A stretch of 64,000 bases of DNA from an uncultured Lachnospiraceae bacterium (GTDB lineage Bacteria; Bacillota; Clostridia; Lachnospirales; Lachnospiraceae). The stretch spans positions 3,081 to 67,080 of the forward strand of contig CANQDS010000001.1 of the NCBI GenBank assembly GCA_947593655.1, in the 5' to 3' direction. A program made the translations under genes and the position numbers. The notes beneath the pieces were generated by a model. The model did not search any database and was not told the DNA's origin. It saw nothing but the letters and a program-made list of their open reading frames with translations. The number at the start of each line of letters is the position of its first letter. Within the stretch, counting starts at the first letter, position 1. Below are positions 46,090 through 54,565 of the stretch, in pieces.

Positions 46090-47523
46090 TTAAGCACGGA
46101 GCGCCTGTTCGCACTCCGGCGTTTTCTTTTTGATATTGCTGTAGCCTTTCGGGTAATAAGGATGCTCTTTCCAGAGCTTTTCCGCCGTTTCGCCCCACTC
46201 TGCGGCGTACTCCTGGCATTTTGCGCAGAGGTGCTCCACCGGCTCCGCTTCCTCAACGTCGGTGGAATGCGCGCCGGTCTGCCTGACCATTTCCTGCAGA
46301 ATTTCCGGGTTCTCCAGCATCGGGCAGGGACGCAGCATATTGTCGTTAAACGGCTGGTTCTCCCGGTAGGCCATAAACAGCGGCTGCTTTAGGCAGTCTA
46401 AAAGGCTCATCTCCCGGATATTGGCTCCGGAATAGTGGATAAAGACGCACGGTTCCACGTCTCCCCGCGGATTGATGTGGCAGTAATTGCGCCCTCCCGC
46501 AATACAGCCTCCGACAAACTCCCCGTCGTTCTGAAAATCCATTACAAAGATCTCCTTGCCTCCCTCGCCGGCGCGTACCTCCCGGATCCGGTGGTAGATA
46601 TATTCCCGCTGCTCCTTCGTCGGCATCAGCTCCGGCGCCGCGTTCATCCCGACCGGCATCAGGTGGAAATACCACGCAAAGCGGCTTCCATGCTCGATCA
46701 GCAGATCAAAAAATTCATCTGATGTCACGGAATCGATATTATTCCTCGTATAACAGACGCTGGTTCCAAAGATCAGCCCGTTTTCATGCAATAAATCCAT
46801 TGCATCCAGCACTTTTGCATACACGCCCTCCCCGCGGCGGAAATCATTGGTATCTTCAAACCCTTCCAGCGAAAGGGAAAGCGAGAGATTTCCCACGCGC
46901 TTCATATCGTCGCACAGCTTCCGGTCCACCAGCGTGCCGTTCGTATAGCAGTGGAAGGCACATTCCCGGTGCTTTTCGCACAGCCGCAGGATATCCGCCT
47001 TCCGCACCAGCGGCTCGCCGCCGGTCATCATATAAAAATACGTCCCGAGCTCCTTTCCCTGCGTTACGATGCGGTCCATCTCCTCAAACGTCAGATTGAG
47101 TTTATTCCCGTATTCCGCCGCCCAGCAGCCGGTACAATGCAGATTGCACGCGCTGGTCGGATCCATCAGGATCAGCCACGGGATATTGCACTGTTCCTTT
47201 TCCCGCATCCTCCGGATCTTCTTCGTTCCGGCAAATCCCGCCTGATAGCCGAGGTTTAGCGCCGTCATTCTGGCAACCCTCGGATCGGTCTCGTCTAACA
47301 GCCGGTTCGCAAATTTCATCCACTTGTGCTCCGGATTGCTGATGACCGCATCCACGGCCTCATACGATTCTTTTGTATAATGCTTCCCCATCGTCTTTCG
47401 AGTCAGCTTCGCAATCCTTTCAAACCCTTTCCCGCGGTCTTTCCTCAGTCCATATAATACGGCGTCGATCGCAGCCGCAAACGCCTGCCGTTCTGCAGCA
47501 TCCTTTAAACTCACTGTTCCCAT
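46090..47523 (-). CDS. radical SAM protein with SPASM/twitch-like C-terminal domain
   Basis: CNLHCTGC, TGGEP, GCIAGGRNYCHINPRGDVEPCVF. Confidence 0.9.
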   Translation of the reverse strand: MGTVSLKDAAERQAFAAAIDAVLYGLRKDRGKGFERIAKLTRKTMGKHYTKESYEAVDAVISNPEHKWMKFANRLLDETDPRVARMTALNLGYQAGFAGTKKIRRMREKEQCNIPWLILMDPTSACNLHCTGCWAAEYGNKLNLTFEEMDRIVTQGKELGTYFYMMTGGEPLVRKADILRLCEKHRECAFHCYTNGTLVDRKLCDDMKRVGNLSLSLSLEGFEDTNDFRRGEGVYAKVLDAMDLLHENGLIFGTSVCYTRNNIDSVTSDEFFDLLIEHGSRFAWYFHLMPVGMNAAPELMPTKEQREYIYHRIREVRAGEGGKEIFVMDFQNDGEFVGGCIAGGRNYCHINPRGDVEPCVFIHYSGANIREMSLLDCLKQPLFMAYRENQPFNDNMLRPCPMLENPEILQEMVRQTGAHSTDVEEAEPVEHLCAKCQEYAAEWGETAEKLWKEHPYYPKGYSNIKKKTPECEQALRA

Positions 47524-47576
47524 CCTCCGTCACGTCGTTTTGAATACTACATTAGTATATACCGGATTCCCGCGCT

Positions 47577-49244
47577 TCATTCAGATAAATACTGACGCGC
47601 CGTCTCAACAATTTCCTCCGGAAACGACAAAACAGCCAGAAGATCGATGGCATTTCTGCCTTTCCCGATTCCTCTGCGGAGGCGGTAATCAAACAAAATG
47701 TCGGATTCCCGGATATTGCTGTCGAAATAATAGCCCTCGTAAAGGCCGAAAAGACGTTCCACCAGTGCAAGATCATGCGAAGCCGCGACCACAAGGCAGT
47801 TTTTCCCGGCCAGATAGCGCAGGATGGCTTCCGAAGCGGCCAGCCGCTCCGGCGCATTGGTGCCGCGCAGGATCTCGTCGATCACGCAGAAGACCGGTGT
47901 AGTGTCCTCCACTGCATCCACGATCCGTTTCAGGTAACGCACTTCCTTCATATAATAACTTTCGCCGGATAAGATATCGTCGCGCACCGCCATCGAACTC
48001 ATCACCCGGAACTTTGTCATTCTAAGCGCCTTTGCGCTGCAGGTATGAATGGTCTGCGCCAGAATCGCATTGACCGCCAGCGCTTTGATAAAGGTCGATT
48101 TGCCGGACGCATTCGCACCCGTGATCAGGCAGTCTGCCTCCGGTGCAAAATCATTATAGACCGGATGCTCCAGCAGGGGATGATACAGCCCCGACGCTTC
48201 CAGTTTCCCGCCTTCGGCAAACTCCGGAATGCAGTAATCGGGAAGGCTTTTCCGGAAAGATGCCGCCGCGATCCCCAGATCGACCTGCCCGACAAATTCA
48301 TAGATCGTCAAAAGCTCCTCCAGCTTTCCGTCCAGAAGCCGCATGATCCAGTTGTACTGGGTAACATCCAGCAGCGTCACGCCCCACAGATAGTCGCGCA
48401 GGATCTCCAGAATATCCCCGGTCACTACGCCCCGCTTGCGCATCTGGAAATTCCCGATCAGCCTTCCGACGGATTCTAATTTTTTGACCGCTTCCCCGAT
48501 CTCCGGCTCGGTAAACAGTTCCTTCCACTCCGGTTTCCGGATCAGCAGCTTCCCGAAATTGATCAGATGCTTAATGCTTCCCAGCGAATAGAGGTACAGT
48601 TCGTATTTCCACTTAATGATGGAATTAATCGTAAGATTGACCAGCGCCGTCAGGATAAAAACGGCGCCCCAGAGAATGTTTCCGGTAATGATCCCGGCCA
48701 GAGCGCTGCCCGCCAGAATGGCCTGCGGAATCAGATACCACGCCGTATGCCCCATTTTCAGGTTCTGCGCATTTAAAAGAAACGTCGGCAGATAATAGTC
48801 TTCCCTGGATTTTCCGATCCCCTCCAGATGTTCCTCGATCTGCTGGCGTTCCCCGGCATGTTCCGTATAAAAGGCAAGCTGCTTTTCCCACCGGGCGGGA
48901 TCCAAATTGGCGCCCGGATCGTGCAGCCTTGCATAAAGCGTCTGTTCCCCGATAAAACTCCTCGTGTGATTGATCCGGTAAAACACTTCATCCATGTCGA
49001 GATCGTTCCACGTCGTTTCATCGATGCAGCCGTCATGCAGACGGTTCTTTGTATTTTCGTAATAGATCCGGATCTCATCCAGCCGCTGCATCCTGCGTTC
49101 CGCACCCGGCATTTTCAGCGGATCTGCTCCAAATTCCGCGTATCTTCGCTCTTCCTGCTTTTTCCGGACGGCCTTATGCCGGATCCGGAAGAAAATCGCC
49201 GCAAAGACGACTGCAACCGGAATCAGATAATATAAAACTTCCAT
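47577..49244 (-). CDS. membrane-anchored MutS domain V ATPase (MutS-related family)
   Basis: TWNDLDMD, YHPLL, TGANASGKSTF, SYYMKEV, IDEILRGTN, ASHDLAL; TM segments; no mismatch-binding domain. Confidence 0.88.
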   Translation of the reverse strand: MEVLYYLIPVAVVFAAIFFRIRHKAVRKKQEERRYAEFGADPLKMPGAERRMQRLDEIRIYYENTKNRLHDGCIDETTWNDLDMDEVFYRINHTRSFIGEQTLYARLHDPGANLDPARWEKQLAFYTEHAGERQQIEEHLEGIGKSREDYYLPTFLLNAQNLKMGHTAWYLIPQAILAGSALAGIITGNILWGAVFILTALVNLTINSIIKWKYELYLYSLGSIKHLINFGKLLIRKPEWKELFTEPEIGEAVKKLESVGRLIGNFQMRKRGVVTGDILEILRDYLWGVTLLDVTQYNWIMRLLDGKLEELLTIYEFVGQVDLGIAAASFRKSLPDYCIPEFAEGGKLEASGLYHPLLEHPVYNDFAPEADCLITGANASGKSTFIKALAVNAILAQTIHTCSAKALRMTKFRVMSSMAVRDDILSGESYYMKEVRYLKRIVDAVEDTTPVFCVIDEILRGTNAPERLAASEAILRYLAGKNCLVVAASHDLALVERLFGLYEGYYFDSNIRESDILFDYRLRRGIGKGRNAIDLLAVLSFPEEIVETARQYLSE

Positions 49245-49256
49245 GATATTCTCAAC

Positions 49257-50192
49257 TTAAATTTCAAAAAATTCCCTGATCTGTCCCAGAATGATCTCCA
49301 TGAGCCTTCTGCGCGCTTCCACGCTCGCCCATGCGATGTGCGGCGTAATCAAAAGCCGGTCGCAGTCCTTCAGTTCCCTGAGCGGATTATCCGCGCGCAT
49401 CGGCTCCGCGGAAAGCACATCCAGCCCCGCAGCCGCGATCTTTCCGGTCCGGAGGGCGTCTGCAAGATCCTGTTCCACAACGATCGGCCCCCGTCCCAGA
49501 TTAAGGAAGATCGCCGTCTCCTTCATCCGGGCAAATGCTGCCGCATTCATCAGCCCTCTGGTCGCTTCGCTAAGCGGCGCATGAACGGACACCACATCCG
49601 ACTCCGCAAGCAGTTCTTCCAATCCTGCCCGCGTATAACCCGGCTGGTCATTCTGCCCCGTCGTCGAGTAATAGATCACCCGGCAGCCGAACATCCCTGC
49701 GATATCCGCAACTCTCCGCCCGATCGTTCCTAATCCTATAATGCCCCATGTCATCCCGTTTAATTCATGGAATACTTTCGCAAAATGCGTAAACATCACA
49801 TCGTTGACGTATCTGCCCGATTTCACATAAGAATCATAATAACTGAGCTTCTCCATCAGGTAAAACAGCATCGCAAACGTGTGCTGCGCTACGGACTCCG
49901 TGGAATACCCCGCGACATTCCGCCACGCGATCCCTCTTTCGGCAAGATACTCTTTGTCCAGATTATTGGTTCCTGTCGCAGTCACGCAGATCAGCTTCAG
50001 ATGATCCGCTTCCCCGATCGATCCCGCATTGATCTCTACCTTATTAAGGATCAGCACATCCGCATCCCTGCTGCGCTCTCTGGCCTGCTCCGGCGTGGAA
50101 AAATCATACTTCACCACTTCCCCGAGGCTCTCGTATCCGGACAGGTCGATATCTTCCCCGATGGTTTTTACATCCAGAAATACGATCTTCAT
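49257..50192 (-). CDS. D-2-hydroxyacid dehydrogenase
   Basis: GIIGLGTIG, VSVHAPL, NLGRG, LDV, TPHIAW. Confidence 0.93.
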   Translation of the reverse strand: MKIVFLDVKTIGEDIDLSGYESLGEVVKYDFSTPEQARERSRDADVLILNKVEINAGSIGEADHLKLICVTATGTNNLDKEYLAERGIAWRNVAGYSTESVAQHTFAMLFYLMEKLSYYDSYVKSGRYVNDVMFTHFAKVFHELNGMTWGIIGLGTIGRRVADIAGMFGCRVIYYSTTGQNDQPGYTRAGLEELLAESDVVSVHAPLSEATRGLMNAAAFARMKETAIFLNLGRGPIVVEQDLADALRTGKIAAAGLDVLSAEPMRADNPLRELKDCDRLLITPHIAWASVEARRRLMEIILGQIREFFEI

Positions 50193-51238
50193 TTGTCCGA
50201 TACCGAAAAATGATAAACCGTGCGGCTGTCAAACGCTTCCCCCGCATCCGTCAGCGGCGTCACGAAATTCGGCTCGTTGATGGCGTTCGGGAAAAACTGC
50301 GTCTCCAGACAGAACGACGCGCGCCCGTTATAGCTGATCCCGCCTTTTCCCGGATGCCCGCCGATGAAATTCATGGTAAACAGCTGCATTCCGATCCGGT
50401 CCGTCAGTACATCCATATGGATCCCGGACTCCGGCGAATAAATCTCCGCCATCTTTTCCACGCCGTCTCCCGTCCGGTCAAGCGCAAAATTATGGTCGTA
50501 GCCGCCGCCGTAAGAAAGCTGCTCATGATCCGCTTCAATATCCTGTCCGATGCGTTTTGCCGTGCGGAAATCAAACGGCGTTCCTTCCACTTCGGCGATC
50601 TCCCCGGTCGGGATCGCCTTATTGCTGGAAACCGGCGTATAGTGGGACGCATGGATCTCTAAAACATGATCGAGGACATTCGCGCCGTCATGGCCGTTTA
50701 AGTTAAAATAACAGTGGTTCGTGAAATTAAAGACCGTCTTCTTGTCTGATACGGCATGATAGTGAATCGCCAGACTGTTATCTTCCGTCACTTCGAATGT
50801 AACGTCGATCTCCGCAGTCCCCGGAAATCCTTCGGAAAGATCCGGGCTGGTATAGTGGAATGTGATCCGGTTCTCCTCCTGACTGGCAACAGACCAGATC
50901 TGTTCGGAAACCGCATTGCTTCCGCTGTGCAGATTGTTCCCGCGGTCATTGGCTTCCAGCGGATACTCCGTTCCGTCGATCGTAACCTTCGCATTGGAAA
51001 TGCGGTTGCAGTTTCTTCCGACGGTAGCCCCGAAATACGAGGTTCCTTTCTGATAATCGGAAACATCGTCGTACCCTAAGACCACATCCCGCCTGTTTCC
51101 GTCTTTATCCTTTACAAAAATAGATACGACTGTCGCTCCAAAATCGGTTGCGCACACTTCCATCCCCTGTGAATTGGAGATCGTGTAAAGAAACGCTTCT
51201 TTTCCTTCTTTTGTTTTCCCGAAAAATTTACTGTTCAT
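50189..51238 (-). CDS. galM: aldose 1-epimerase
   Basis: YFGATVGRNCNRI, NNLHSG, NFTNHCYFNL, GYDHNF, CLETQ. Confidence 0.94.
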   Translation of the reverse strand: MNSKFFGKTKEGKEAFLYTISNSQGMEVCATDFGATVVSIFVKDKDGNRRDVVLGYDDVSDYQKGTSYFGATVGRNCNRISNAKVTIDGTEYPLEANDRGNNLHSGSNAVSEQIWSVASQEENRITFHYTSPDLSEGFPGTAEIDVTFEVTEDNSLAIHYHAVSDKKTVFNFTNHCYFNLNGHDGANVLDHVLEIHASHYTPVSSNKAIPTGEIAEVEGTPFDFRTAKRIGQDIEADHEQLSYGGGYDHNFALDRTGDGVEKMAEIYSPESGIHMDVLTDRIGMQLFTMNFIGGHPGKGGISYNGRASFCLETQFFPNAINEPNFVTPLTDAGEAFDSRTVYHFSVSDK

Positions 51239-51330
51239 ATGAAAATCCTCCTGCGCATACTCTTCCTATCTTTAATGATTGTACCTTTTTTCCAAATAGA
51301 AGTAAAGGCAGAAGTTTTTACTTTTCCCCT

Positions 51331-51357
51331 TAAATTTCCAGCGGAGGCTGCCGATAT
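51331..51357 (+). promoter_or_regulatory. consensus sigma-28 promoter
   Basis: TAAA-15 bp-GCCGATAT. Confidence 0.88.
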
Positions 51358-51410
51358 AAATAACATGAATAATATTCTGCATTCGGATACATGTTAAAAG
51401 GAGGTCCGTT

Positions 51411-51980
51411 ATGACTACATTTTACAATCATACTACATCCGGCGTTACCCTGACTTCCGATTTTTATATGAAGAATTTCTACAGTGCCAACCGCAACGCC
51501 GTCAAAACTTCCTACCGCAAGGACTACACGAAGGAAGAGCTTTCCTATGAGGATTCCCGCGCGCTGAAGCGCGCTTTGAGCAAACTGCGTTCCTATGAAT
51601 ATGACGATGAGGACAACAGCGAGAACATCTATAATACCATCAAGGCATATGTCGATACTTATAACAATACGCTCGATTCCTCCCGCTCCAGCAGCGAGGC
51701 GGACGTCAAGCGCTATTCCAAGCAGCTGAAGGCGCTTTCCGACAAATACAGCAACAGCTTAAAGGATATCGGCATTACCGTCGCAAAAGACGGCTCTCTG
51801 GCGGTCAATGAGAATCTGCTGAAGGCCGCCGATATGGACAAGGTGAAGCAGGTATTTTCCGAGGACAGCGATTACCTTAGGAAATCCTCTTCGATCACCA
51901 AACGGCTGAATGCGAATACTTATGACTGGCTCTACGCACAGCTGACCGGAAGCGGAGCACAGCTGAATATTTCATTGTAG
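51411..51980 (+). CDS. hypothetical protein, probably flagellar (resembles the FliD C-terminal region)
   Basis: AAGGAGG RBS; sigma-28 promoter; IKAYVDTYNNTL and LKDIGITVAKDGSLAVNE resemble FliD motifs. Confidence 0.7.
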   Translation: MTTFYNHTTSGVTLTSDFYMKNFYSANRNAVKTSYRKDYTKEELSYEDSRALKRALSKLRSYEYDDEDNSENIYNTIKAYVDTYNNTLDSSRSSSEADVKRYSKQLKALSDKYSNSLKDIGITVAKDGSLAVNENLLKAADMDKVKQVFSEDSDYLRKSSSITKRLNANTYDWLYAQLTGSGAQLNISL

Positions 51981-51996
51981 CACAAAGAGGTCATCC

Positions 51997-52668
51997 ATGA
52001 AAAAATACCGTTTTCTAATTGCAGCTTTCGCCCTTGTATTCCTTGGGCTTCTCGTTTACTTTGTCGGTCATCCGCTGATCGGGTTCATGTCGGATCCGGA
52101 GAAATTCCGGATCTGGGTAGAAGGGAAAGGAATCTGGGGCGTTCTTATTTTTATGGGAATGAATATCGTACAGGTCATACTGGCCGTTATTCCGGGAGGA
52201 CCGTTTGAGATCGGAGCCGGATACGCGTTCGGCATTGTCCGCGGCACACTGATCTGCGATACCGCCATGACATTAGGAAGCATCCTTACGTTCCTGTTTG
52301 CGCGCCGGTTCGGAATACGCTTTGTAGAATTGTTTGTTTCCAAAGAAAAGATCGATTCCGTTAAAATCTTAAAAAACTCCAAAAAGAGGGATGGGATCGT
52401 ATTTCTGTTTTTCCTCCTGCCCGGTACGCCGAAAGATCTGATCTCTTATCTGGCCGGGCTTACGGACATGAAACTCTCCACCTGGGTTCTGATCAACTTC
52501 GTCGGGCGCCTCCCTGCGATCCTTCTGTCGGCCATGAGCGGCAGCGCGTTCAGCAGCAAGCGCTACGGAGCCGCCGCCGGTCTGGTTATCGCGATCGCGG
52601 TTCTGTATCTGATCGGTTCTCTGGTGTACCGCTGGCACAACGCGAAGCATCACGAAGAATCTGCATGA
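51997..52668 (+). CDS. TVP38/TMEM64 (DedA/VTT) family membrane protein
   Basis: QVILAVIPGGPFEIGAGYAFG, FLLPGTPKDLISYLAGLT, GRLPAI. Confidence 0.9.
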   Translation: MKKYRFLIAAFALVFLGLLVYFVGHPLIGFMSDPEKFRIWVEGKGIWGVLIFMGMNIVQVILAVIPGGPFEIGAGYAFGIVRGTLICDTAMTLGSILTFLFARRFGIRFVELFVSKEKIDSVKILKNSKKRDGIVFLFFLLPGTPKDLISYLAGLTDMKLSTWVLINFVGRLPAILLSAMSGSAFSSKRYGAAAGLVIAIAVLYLIGSLVYRWHNAKHHEESA

Positions 52669-52882
52669 TTTTATCATAGTTTTCCGGTCTGTGCGGGAAA
52701 TCGCAGTCCGTGCAGACCTTGATCCGCTTTCCCTCTTTTTCTTTATAGGCCGGATTTCCCGGACAGTCATTGCTATGATAGAGAGGGCAGTAGCAGAACA
52801 GGCAGTTAAAGTCCCCGTTGCCCGGATGGCAGGGAAAATACCGGCAGTCCTTGTTCTCAAAGAAGCGGTGCGAATTTTCCAT
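52586..52882 (-). CDS. cysteine-rich small domain protein (often linked to cobalamin genes)
   Basis: FFENKDCRYFPCH, FNCLFCYCPLY, CPGN, CTDCDFPH. Confidence 0.85.
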   Translation of the reverse strand: MENSHRFFENKDCRYFPCHPGNGDFNCLFCYCPLYHSNDCPGNPAYKEKEGKRIKVCTDCDFPHRPENYDKIMQILRDASRCASGTPENRSDTEPRSR

Positions 52883-53054
52883 GATCGATCATCTCCCTTT
52901 TCCCACAGATCATTTAAAATGATTTGCTGATCACGCTAACGATATGATCTCGGCTTCGATCTCTTTTCATTCGTCATAGGATAATGACGGAACGCAATCT
53001 GCAATATTTTCTTAAATTATACTAAAAAATGCTTGTCGTTACAATAAAATTCAC

Positions 53055-53150
53055 TTTGATATATCACTGAATCCGCCTAATAAGGAAACCATCGCAGCCA
53101 TGTTAGAAGCGGAAAGAATTGCAAAGGATCCATCGGTAAATAAATCTTGA
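53055..53150 (+). pseudogene. C-terminal remnant of a RelB/DinJ-family antitoxin
   Basis: Manual translation FDISLNPPNKETIAAMLEAERIAKDPSV; no start codon, no RHH domain and no toxin gene. Confidence 0.65.
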
Positions 53151-53152
53151 TT

Positions 53153-54565
53153 TTATTTTCTCCGGTATTCCCGGCAGCTTCTGACAAACGAAACGGCAAA
53201 CTGCGGGTTAGACGGATAATACAAATGCGGGAACCCCCACCAGCGGTTCCTCCCCGTCCAGATGCATTCCCAGCTTTTCCCGCTTACCGGTTTTTGCGCC
53301 GTGCAGCCGTCTCCGTTCTGCGTACTGTCAAAATAGTGGAACTCATGTCCTTTGATCCGTGATTTTCGATCCGTCCGGAAGAAACCCGGCAGCTTCTCCG
53401 TAATCTCCACATAGCCGAAACGCACCAGTTTTCCCTGATAACTGCATACACCGGGAATCACACCCGCCATCGGATAGCGCTTCCCGTCCTCCGTAACCAA
53501 TTGTTCATGCAGATACATAAAACCGCCGCATTCCGCAACCGACGGCATTCCCTGCATAATCGCATTCCGAACCGCTTCCCGCATGGATTCATTGGCAGCT
53601 AACCGGGCAGCAAACAATTCCGGATAACCGCCGCCCAGCAGGATTCCGTCCGTTCCATCCGGCAGCTTCCGGTCTTTCAGCGGGGAAAACTCCGTCAGTT
53701 GCGCCCCCGCCTCACGCAATAACCGAAGATTATCCTCATAATAGAAGTTAAAGGCATCATCCAGAGCGACAGCGATGCGGACCGGCTCCCTTTCATTTGC
53801 TTTCTGCCCGGTGCAGACCGCTTTCCTTTCCTCTGTTTCCTGCCCGCCCCGTTCTTTCTGCATCTTTTTTCCGCTTATAATTCGGTTGTCCGGCGGAAGC
53901 AGGCGTTCCATCCCGGTACATTCCCGGAGAACTCCTGCCGCCTGCCGGATACGCTGCTGCATCCGCTCCATTTCTTCCGGCATCATAAGCCCCAGATGGC
54001 GGCTGCCGATCGCAAATTCTTTATTCTCCGGGAAATATCCCAGCAGTGGAACAGAAAGTTCCTCTTTAACCAGCTCTGCAAGCGCATCATAAGTGTTTCT
54101 TGAAACACGATTTAATATTATTCCAATAATCCGTTTGTCCGTATCATAGCTTAACAGCCCTGCCAGAACCGGGATCAGCGTCCTTCCCATTCCATGCGCA
54201 TCCATAACCAGCACGATCGGAATATCCAGCGTCTGCGCCAGATGGTAGGACGAGCCTTCCTTCCGGATGCCTCCCAGGCCGTCATACAATCCCATGACGC
54301 CCTCAACCACGGAAAACTCTTCCAGAGAACGATCCATCCGAAACAGTTCCCGGATCTCCTGCTCTCCTGAAAAAAAGGTATCCAAATTCCGGGAAGGAAC
54401 CCCGATCACCTTCCGGTGAAACATCGGATCGATATAATCTGGACCGCACTTAAACGCCCGGACCGGAATGCCCCGGTCTTTGCACAGCTGCAGCAGGGCA
54501 CACACGATCAGCGTTTTTCCGCTGCCGCTCTTCGGCGCGGCAATCATCAGCCCTGTCTTATCCAT
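53153..54565 (-). CDS. cbiA: cobyrinate a,c-diamide synthase
   Basis: SGSGKT, FKCGPDYIDP, EGVMGLYDG, GGGYPEL, AECGGFMYL, GHEFHY. Confidence 0.95.
   Translation of the reverse strand: MDKTGLMIAAPKSGSGKTLIVCALLQLCKDRGIPVRAFKCGPDYIDPMFHRKVIGVPSRNLDTFFSGEQEIRELFRMDRSLEEFSVVEGVMGLYDGLGGIRKEGSSYHLAQTLDIPIVLVMDAHGMGRTLIPVLAGLLSYDTDKRIIGIILNRVSRNTYDALAELVKEELSVPLLGYFPENKEFAIGSRHLGLMMPEEMERMQQRIRQAAGVLRECTGMERLLPPDNRIISGKKMQKERGGQETEERKAVCTGQKANEREPVRIAVALDDAFNFYYEDNLRLLREAGAQLTEFSPLKDRKLPDGTDGILLGGGYPELFAARLAANESMREAVRNAIMQGMPSVAECGGFMYLHEQLVTEDGKRYPMAGVIPGVCSYQGKLVRFGYVEITEKLPGFFRTDRKSRIKGHEFHYFDSTQNGDGCTAQKPVSGKSWECIWTGRNRWWGFPHLYYPSNPQFAVSFVRSCREYRRK

Noticed and set aside
46090-47576. RiPP cluster around the radical SAM gene
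   Set aside because: No precursor peptide, transporter or peptidase adjacent
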